Of a stretch of DNA of 64,000 nt, positions 55,497 to 64,000 are shown piece by piece; position 1 is the first letter of the stretch; each line of letters begins with the position of its first letter. Both the position numbers and the translations under genes were made by a program. Under the pieces are notes generated by a model. It did not search any database. It saw nothing but the letters and a program-made list of their open reading frames with translations, and had not been told where the DNA came from. Origin of the DNA: Eledone cirrhosa (taxonomy: Eukaryota); the NCBI GenBank assembly GCA_964016885.1, contig OZ024740.1, forward strand, positions 145,638,001 through 145,702,000, written 5' to 3'.

Positions 55497-58194
55497 AATT
55501 GGCATTTATCAACTGAATTGCAGCAGCACATACAAGAGTAATCAATAATACCTTGGGGGGGTACAATACTTATTAATTTTAAAACCTTAATCAACTTTGA
55601 ATGATAAATTTGGAACTAAAATGCCTCAAAAGGACAAAGAACTACTACACAAAGATGTACAGCTTGGGGAATACTGTAACTATAAAGAGATTGAGGAATA
55701 TTAAAATATTCCAACATATGTATTTATATGATCAATCTTAAATCAATAAAATTAAATTAAATTTTCATTACAGAAGTAAGAAAGTGGAAAGAAAATGTAT
55801 AGCGTCCTAATTTTATCTTCAAACTAAAATAATTTAAATGAATGTCTAATATACAATTCATGATTGATCGTTTTCATATTTCTTTACAATCAGTCTCAAA
55901 AACATGTACCACAACATTTGCTTGATTTTCATCAAAAAATTGTGCTCATTTAATTTGATTATCTAAAGTTGAAACATTTAAATTCATATGCTAATATTTC
56001 AATATCAAGTCGAATGAAAGTTTTATTGCCAAAGTATGCAGTACAATAGTGATGAAACAAGTATTCAGATATACTGTTGTTGTTGTTACTTAACCTTCAG
56101 GTCAACTATTGAGCAGACCTATGACACACAGGGAATCAGTCAATTGACAAAGCAGAAACTACAAATCTATTGTCCAGATGTCCCATGCTTTAGTCTAGTG
56201 TAAAACATAAGTACACCATGACATGCAGTGATTCATCATCTGACAAGTAATGTGGTGGTCCAGGCATGTTAAATATTTCACTGCCCAACTGTTTTTGTAG
56301 GCCAGTAGTAGCAGTTTAGCTGCAGGTCAGTCTTGATTGAGTAGACCTATAATCAAAAGCATTCCAGCCTTGACCACTGTCTTCTTTTTCAGGCATGGTG
56401 TATAAAAAATTTATACTTTGGAATGAAACTTTAAAAATTAATACTTTAATGAAACTGAATCAACAACTATGAAAATCCAAAGCACTATTATTTTACTTTA
56501 ACACAATGACCTGTGCTGCATGAAACCACAGTAGCAAGACATTTTTTGAAAAGTATTATACAAAACAGCACTGTGACTGCACTTCATTAAAAATACAAAT
56601 TTCCACAATGATATGTCCATCAGTAAAGCTACTATAAACATTTGAATTAACACACACTATTTAAAAATATTTTCTGCTGAATCATTGCAGGAGGCTGACA
56701 GTTAAAATTTGGCATTTTTATTGAATTATTGATATTGCATATTATCCCAATTAACAACAGTAATACTGTACATAATTTCTTCTGCATACTTCCAGACAAT
56801 TTCTGTCTACAAAATTCCACTCGGAATATTTTAGTTGACCCAGGGCTATGATAGAAATGCCTTATTCAGGGTGCTATGAAGTGAGATTGAACCTAAAACC
56901 ATCTAGTTGTGAAGCAAACTTCTTAACCACACAGCAATTACAAAAGGAAATTTCCAAATTCTGATTTCTTGCATTGAAACAAAATCAAAAATTCATCAGG
57001 GAACTGAGTTGACTGAATATATTACTGGTACGTATCCCAACATCATCAGAGATAAAAGTAAAAGATTTCAATTCAAAACACAAAAGTATATAACTACTGC
57101 AGAGCATTTCTTGCAACTTCTGTTTGTATACTTCTAAATATTACAGTCTTTTCTACCCAACTAGTTCAATATGTAATTATAAAGAAATATATATTTAAAA
57201 AAACTGTAAAAACAAAAATTGTAATTAAAAGAAGATAAAAAAAAACAACTGAAACTCCCTATAGTGAAATAGCAACAAAGAACCAATCTGTACTAAGAAT
57301 TTAAGTCATACTAATTAACAGACACATTATGCAATACTGAATTCATAAGAAATCAATATTACTTCAAACTTAAATGCTGAAGCAAATTATGATGTAACAT
57401 TAAGAACACTGTCAACAATTGTTTTCAAATGAAAAACAAAACTAATTTAGAAAATTCAATAGAAAAATAGTCTATTGACAAATGTAATAAAACTGACTAT
57501 ATTTGAAGGAACATGTACTGCAGATCAATTTTTAATTGCTCCCTTTTATATATATATATGTAAATATTACACAACTAATTCAGTTTATTTCTACTTGAAA
57601 TCAATAGTCATTACACAGCTTCTTTATATTTTTGTGACATATGTGGAATTTTAAATCCATCATCATTATCATTTAACATCCATTTTCCCTGTTAGCAAGG
57701 CGTGACATAAGTGGAATTTAAATTAACATTATATAATCAACAGACATAGGTATGCCTCTGTGATTAATAAAGTTGCTTCAGAACCATGTTGTTTCAGGTT
57801 CAGTCCCACTATGTGATACCTTGGACAAATGTCTTCTACAAAAGCCCAATGCAAGTGAATTTGGAAGATGGAAACTGTAAGGAAGCCTGTTGTATATATA
57901 TAGCAGGAAAAACAGACATTAAATGAAGATGATATATATGTGTGTGTGTATCATTTTGACACTGTATACAAACAAAAAAAAAATCAGTGACATTATGTCC
58001 TCCATAAACAATATGTCCTGCATTGTAGCAGTTCAACAAATGTTTGTCATTTATACCATACTTTAAAAAAGCTTAAGGTCTAGGTTGACATCAGGGAGGA
58101 CATCTAGACGTTGAAGACATATCAAAAAATCTTGTCCCAACCCATGCAAGCATGCCAAAAGCAGATGTAAAAAGAATGATATATTAGCAAGATA

Positions 58195-58832
58195 CAGTAT
58201 ATACTCAAATATATGCCAACCTCCTATTTTATGTTTGAGAAATGGGCAAAAATCCCAAAACTTTTAAGCCAAGGCAACTAATCAATACATTGTTTACTTC
58301 TGGCTACTCGGAGGAAATCGAAACTATGTGCAAAGGTACATAATGAATAAGGAACAGTTGAAAGAAAGAAATTGACTAAGAAAACATTGTATAAAGATCC
58401 AGAGCAGGGAGAGACAGCAAGTGCACGAGTGTGTGTGTATGTGGAGGCAGAGCAAGAAAAAGAGAAAACAAGAACAATATAATACAAGACAGAAGTACAA
58501 TTGAAAGAAACAGTATAACTAAGCTACAGAGAAAAACAGCAGATGTGTGGATGCATGTGTGTAGAGATATTTATGTATCAAAAAGTTCAAATTATAAAAG
58601 TTTATTGAGAATGTTCTCAAAGAATGCATAAATAACATTCACGACGATGTAGTAAATATAGAAAAACAGTGTTTCACTGTAAAATAATCACTCCAGATAT
58701 TTTAGCAACTTATTTACATAGAATTTCAAGTTGGTGAAAATCATCAAAATATTGGCCTCGAATATGAGCCAACCCTGATTTTACCATCGATTTTTCTGTC
58801 ATATTTTTTGGCTTATAAACGAGTATATACAG
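58195..58832 (+). mobile_element. Tc1/mariner-type (pogo/Tc2-like) MITE
   Basis: ta|cagtatatactcaaatatatgcca ... tggcttataaacgagtatatacag|ta; imperfect ~24-bp TIRs, TA TSD. Confidence 0.72.
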
Positions 58833-58842
58833 TAATTATTAC

Positions 58843-58920
58843 CTTCAATACTATTCAAAACTGTTTTATATTTTCCCAGTTCAGCTTGGATTTTACAAGT
58901 TTGCCACTTTCTTACAGTTC
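58843..58920 (-). CDS. Candidate 78-nt phase 1-1 host exon, unknown gene
   Basis: ttctgaacag| ... GAAG|gtaata; open frame TVRKWQTCKIQAELGKYKTVLNSIE. Confidence 0.3.
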
Positions 58921-60388
58921 CTGTTCAGAATTTAATTAGATTATCAAATAATTTGAATTCTTTAAAAAAAACAAAAAAAAATTGTTGTGTGGAAATTGAT
59001 TCTTATCTTTCAGAAAAAGAAACAAACCAAAAGATTCTGTATAAATTTTAATTGAAAGATGTAGAGCATTAAAAAAAATTGGTTCCCTATTTAAACAAAC
59101 ACTTAATCTGAAATTGCTATGGTTATGCTTTTAATCATAGTGCCCTTGCTTGTGACAAGGTACAACTCAGATATCAGTAATTTATATTTTGATACCAGTA
59201 CTGTATTGTGTCCATAGTCAAGGCATTTAACTCTCAAGAGCCTTGGTCTTGTCAAAATCTAAGTAGGTGCTCAACAGAGGGGTACTTCAGTTGTCAACTA
59301 GTACATTTGAGCCAAATAAAATGTCTAATTAAAATTATACTCACAATGAAAAGAATAAATCATACCCAACCACCTAAAAGTGCTCATGGTTCTATTCATA
59401 AAACTATTTATTTTAAAGTGTTTATATTTATCTAAAAATATATCATTTATGTAGGAAAATTTGATAAGTTATGTTTCAAACACCAGATAAATAACTCCTC
59501 CAAATTCTTGAATATTTTCAAAATGAGTAAAAAATATGGTGATGAAAGAGTTAACGTTCAATTATTGTCAGGAACGGCAAGGGAGATAACTACAAAATCC
59601 AAAGCAAAAATTGAATGGGAAGAATGCAGTGGAGAGTAAGTTTGATTTTAGTTAGTAGAGTGACAATTCTGGACATTTGGGTCTTATAAAACCTCATTGA
59701 CAAAACAGTCTGACTTGTACTTGCCAGATCTTAGATAATTTGAGAGAATAATAGAGATTTTGAATGAAAACATTCACTGATGTAGCAACCTAATATAATG
59801 AGTAGAGAACATTTTTCAGAGATGGCTTCTGAATGAAGAGTATATAGTCACTAAAATTAAATCCATAATGAAGAGAAAAATCATTAGCTTTAATGATCAA
59901 TTTTCTTCAAAAACGATAAGGAAAACGATTCTGAAATCCAAATTGATTAAAAGTTAAATGTGGGCATGCAACATTCTCCAATACATGCTGTTGCAGTACT
60001 GTAAAATTTATGACAGCTTAATTAATTCACAAGACATAATTCAAATTTCCACAAGAATGAAAGAGCCATTTTTCAGAAAAATGGCAGCTTTGAAAATGGA
60101 CTAGCCTCCTGTTTTTGTAAAAAAAAAAAACACACAATGGTACAAAAATGACATAAGATCTTATGTAAAAAGCTGTACTAGAAAAAAAAAGGTATAACCA
60201 GAGAAAAAAAATGAAAAGCAACACTATCTGCAGAAAGTATTTCTAATGGAAGAATTTAGTATATATAAGAAATAAGTATTGTATTACTCCTCCCACCCTT
60301 TACAAAAAATATATATCATTTGAAATCATCTATGAAAAATTAATTCAGAATAAGTTTAGGACAGTTAGACTTTGTTCATAAAGTTTAA

Positions 60389-60600
60389 CCCTTTAATGTT
60401 CAAACCGGCCAGAATTCTCTACTCTTTTCTGTTGAAACTGGCTGTAGCTGGTCACTCAAACTGATGTTAAGGTATTGTTCTCAAAATAAATACTTTCAAA
60501 ATCTCATAGATTCGATATTATGTGAGATAATTATGCAAGGTAAAGCCTTTACCATGAAAATATAATAGTATATATATAGAGTAATGTGAATGCTAAACGG
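60389..60600 (+). mobile_element. piggyBac-like MITE; another partial reverse copy at 61244-61445
   Basis: ttaa|ccctttaatg...gctaaacgg|ttaa. Confidence 0.8.
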
Positions 60601-61796
60601 TTAAATACAAAGCAAACATTAATAGTTTTATTTTGATAATCTTAAAGAGATAAAATGGGGAAGGAAATAGTATATTTCTTATATCATCTAACATTTAGAC
60701 TACATACACCTGTGCATATGTACTTGAATTAGATATATTCAGAAGGGTAGGAGGAATCATATTACTTATCATAGTTAACTGGGAACAGCAAGTGGTCACA
60801 GTCTTTCCAGGCAAAGAAATTGTTTACTGTGGCCTGCCTGCTCTTATCTAAAGATATGAGGAAGTAAAGGTTGAAACTTTATCTGTATTGGTAGAAGTGC
60901 TAGCTACTTATATCCAGTTCTACATATTAAAGCAGTAGATATTATTACTAATGTCACTATCAAGCTTCTTAATTAAATATATATGTTTGATTATAATATT
61001 TCAGTTAGACTGGTTTTCTGCCGAAATGATTATAGATTTTTATTGATCCCAAATATGTGCAACAAAGATAAGTTTCTTCAGTAGATAAAGGATATGGGTT
61101 TTATAAGCTGCATAGATACAGTTAATATTTATATTGTAGCCTGACTGATAAAACAAATACTCTAGATAATGAATTGATCCCAATTAGGTTTCCAGGGCTT
61201 GAACCTGCAATTTGCATGTGTCTCTTTTAGAAAGACCGATTAACCCTTTAGTATTTACATTACTCTATATTATACTATTGTATTTTCACGGTTAAGGCTT
61301 TATCTTACATAATTATCTCATAATATTGAATCTATGAGATTTTGATGTTATTTATTTTGAGAACAATACCTTAACATCAGTATGAGCGGCCAGTTACAAC
61401 GGAAAGAGGTGAGAAAATTCTGGCAGGATATGGCTGGTTTAAATGTGGTTTGAGAAGAATATTTTTAATGACCAGAAAACTTTATAACAATAATAATTGG
61501 AGCAACTGTAAAGAAGAGCTACAAAACAAATTTCATAATATAAAACAGTAAAATATGCAAAAATAGAGCCTTTGCATTTGGCTAAAAGCTGTTCATGTTC
61601 AGAGTATTTATTATTTAAAACAAAAGAACAAATCTTAAATTTGTTTTCATTTTTGTATCAAATTTAAATTGAATTACTGAATAATTCCACTTTGTTTTCT
61701 CTACATAATTATCCAGTAATCTATTTTTTTTTTTTCTTTTAATCCAAGGTTAATTATTCAGTAATTTAATTTAGTTGTATACAATTTCATGATAAT

Positions 61797-61830
<34 letters not shown>

Positions 61831-61836
<6 letters not shown>

Positions 61837-64000
61837 TTAAGACTAGGTCTAAATAGAACTACTGTGACAATAATATCCGCTTATGCACCCCAATCTGGTC
61901 TACCTGACATTATAAAGGACAGGTTCTATGAGATGCTAATGCACACTACCTCCCAAATAACCGACAGCAACTACTTAATTATTGCTGGCGATCTAAACGG
62001 TCACGTTGGACAACATAGTGATGGCTATGATATAATCCATGGAGGCTATGGGGTTGGAAATAGAAATGAGGAGGGCTTCAGAATCCTGGAATTCTGTGAC
62101 GCAAATAGCCTAACTATCTGTAACACAAACTTCAAAAAACGTGAAAACCACTTGATCACCTATAGATCAGGGGAACACGCCAGCCAGATAGATTATATCC
62201 TTACTAGAAGACGGGACAAATGTCTGTTGTAAACACTAAATCCCTCCCCCGTGAAGAATGCACCTCCCAACATAGCCTAGTAGTTAGTGACCTCAGTCAG
62301 GAATAGACGTACTCGATGACAGAGGAGGCCTAGCTTGAGGAAAAGAATATGGAAGTTAAAGGACCCCATAGCCAGTGACAAATTTAAAAGCTTATTACTT
62401 GATGCCTTTGACAATAAGGAAGAGCAATTAGAGACGTGCAATATAGAGGAACAGTGGCAATTCTTGAAAGTGAACCTGCTGAAAGCAACGGATGAAATCT
62501 GTGGCTGGAGCAGACCTATTGGCAGGAGGAGAGTAACTTGGTGGTGGAACAGTAAGGTGGAAGAGACAATCAAAGCCAAAAAGCAGGCTTGGAAAGTATG
62601 GCAGGATGGGGGAAGTAGAGAGCACTATCAAGTGGCCAGGAAAAAAGCTAGGAGACAAGTGTACCTTGCAAAAAGGGTAGCAGAGGATAGAAAGTTCAAA
62701 CATGTTCAAACATGTTCTACAACGTGAGGACCAAAAACGTGAGGTGTTCAGGATTGCTAGACAATGTGTCAAGGAAAACCGTGATATTGTCGGGGAGAAG
62801 TGTGTCCATAATGATAACGGTGTACTTGCCCTCACTGATACTGATAAGAAGATAGCTTGGAAGTGTCACTACAAGAGACTACTAAATGAGGAGAATAAAT
62901 GGGAAAAAGATAGTCTGCCCCAAATCGATCCAATAGAAGGACCAGCAGTGCAAGTTAAAGGTAGTATAATAAGTAAGGCAATCAAACATATGAAGACAGG
63001 CAAGGCAGCTGGGCCTTCAGAGATAGTTGCTGAGATGTTGAAGGCATCTGGTATGGTGGGACACACTACGGTCACCTGTATAGTTAACCAAGTAATACAG
63101 AATGGGGTCATACCAAATGACTGGCGTAGCAGCATCATCATTAACTGCTACAAGGGTAAAGGGGATGCTCTACATAGGGGAAACTATAGAGGCATTAAGT
63201 TAGTTGACCAGGTCATGAAGGTCACAGAAAGAGTTATAGCGTAACTAATCAGAGAGCGAATTGATCTAGATGAAATGCAGTGTGGGTTTGTGTCAGGTAA
63301 AAGTACCACAGACACTCTTTTCCTTGTACGACAACTACAAGAGAAGTACCTAGCTAAAAGTAAACCTCTCTACTTAGCTTTTGTAGACCTGGAGAAAGCT
63401 TTTGACAGAGTCCCCTGCTCCATTATCTGGTAGGCTCTTAGAAAACTAGGTGTAGATGAATGGCTTGTGAGAGCTATACAAGCTATGTATAATGAAACAG
63501 TCAGTAAAGTTAGAATTAACAATGAATATTGTGAAGAATTTAGTGTAAAAAAGTTGGTGTTCACCAAGGCTCTGTCCTTAGCCCCCTCCTATTTATTATT
63601 GCCCTTCAGGCTATAACAGAGGAGTTCAAGACCGGCTGCCCATCGGAACTCCTATATGCAGATGATCTAACGCTCATAGCTGAATCAATGGCTGAATTAA
63701 AGAAGAAATTCCAAACATGGAAGCATGGCCTAGAATCAAAAGGCCTTAAAGTTAACTTGTCTAAGATTAAAGTTCTAGTTTGTAGAAAGGAAAATAGGGC
63801 ACAGGTGCCATCAGGGAAATGGCCATGCTCAGAGTGTAGGAAAGGAGTAGGCAAAAATTCCATTTTATGTCCCAAATGCAAACTATGGGTACATAAAAGA
63901 TGTGGGATCACAGGTAAACTATCTAAGAACGTTGACTTTATATGTGGCCAATGTTCAAGTGCAATAAGTAGCAAATGTCCACAGGATACTAGCTCCTCCT
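61831..64000 (+). mobile_element. RTE LINE (PHD family), 5'-truncated and disrupted, running off the window
   Basis: TIISAYAPQ, IIAGDLNGHVG, QIDYIL, VTWWWN, RT motifs; multiple stops and frameshifts; 10-bp duplication at 62694-62716. Confidence 0.93.

Overview
Repeat-dominated, AT-rich animal genomic DNA. The SINE/RTE-LINE/microsatellite mix resembles octopod cephalopods (inference). No intact host gene is present; a few short candidate exons on the minus strand suggest the window is mostly intronic. Most listed ORFs are microsatellite read-throughs or retroelement remnants. Identified: several RTE-clade LINEs (one family with a PHD finger inside ORF2, one with C-terminal C2H2 fingers), an R4/Dong-like RLE retrotransposon, a Helitron with a Pif1 fragment, TTAA- and TA-flanked MITEs, tRNA-derived SINEs, very long (TA)n arrays, a ~5.2 kb duplication and a 200-N gap. 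The main finding is a family of short, non-coding elements embedded in (TA)n that carry type I hammerhead ribozymes (HHRs). Two copies are ~730-bp foldbacks with one HHR on each strand plus a hairpin tail (30201-31002, 35412-36215). Divergent relatives (1-250, 11915-12325) show stem covariation. Unrelated HHRs also occur: a U3-A8 core variant at 12499 and a long-stem-II form at 15935, plus decayed relics. This fits Penelope-like pseudo-LTRs or retrozymes. All alignments and folds were done by eye.
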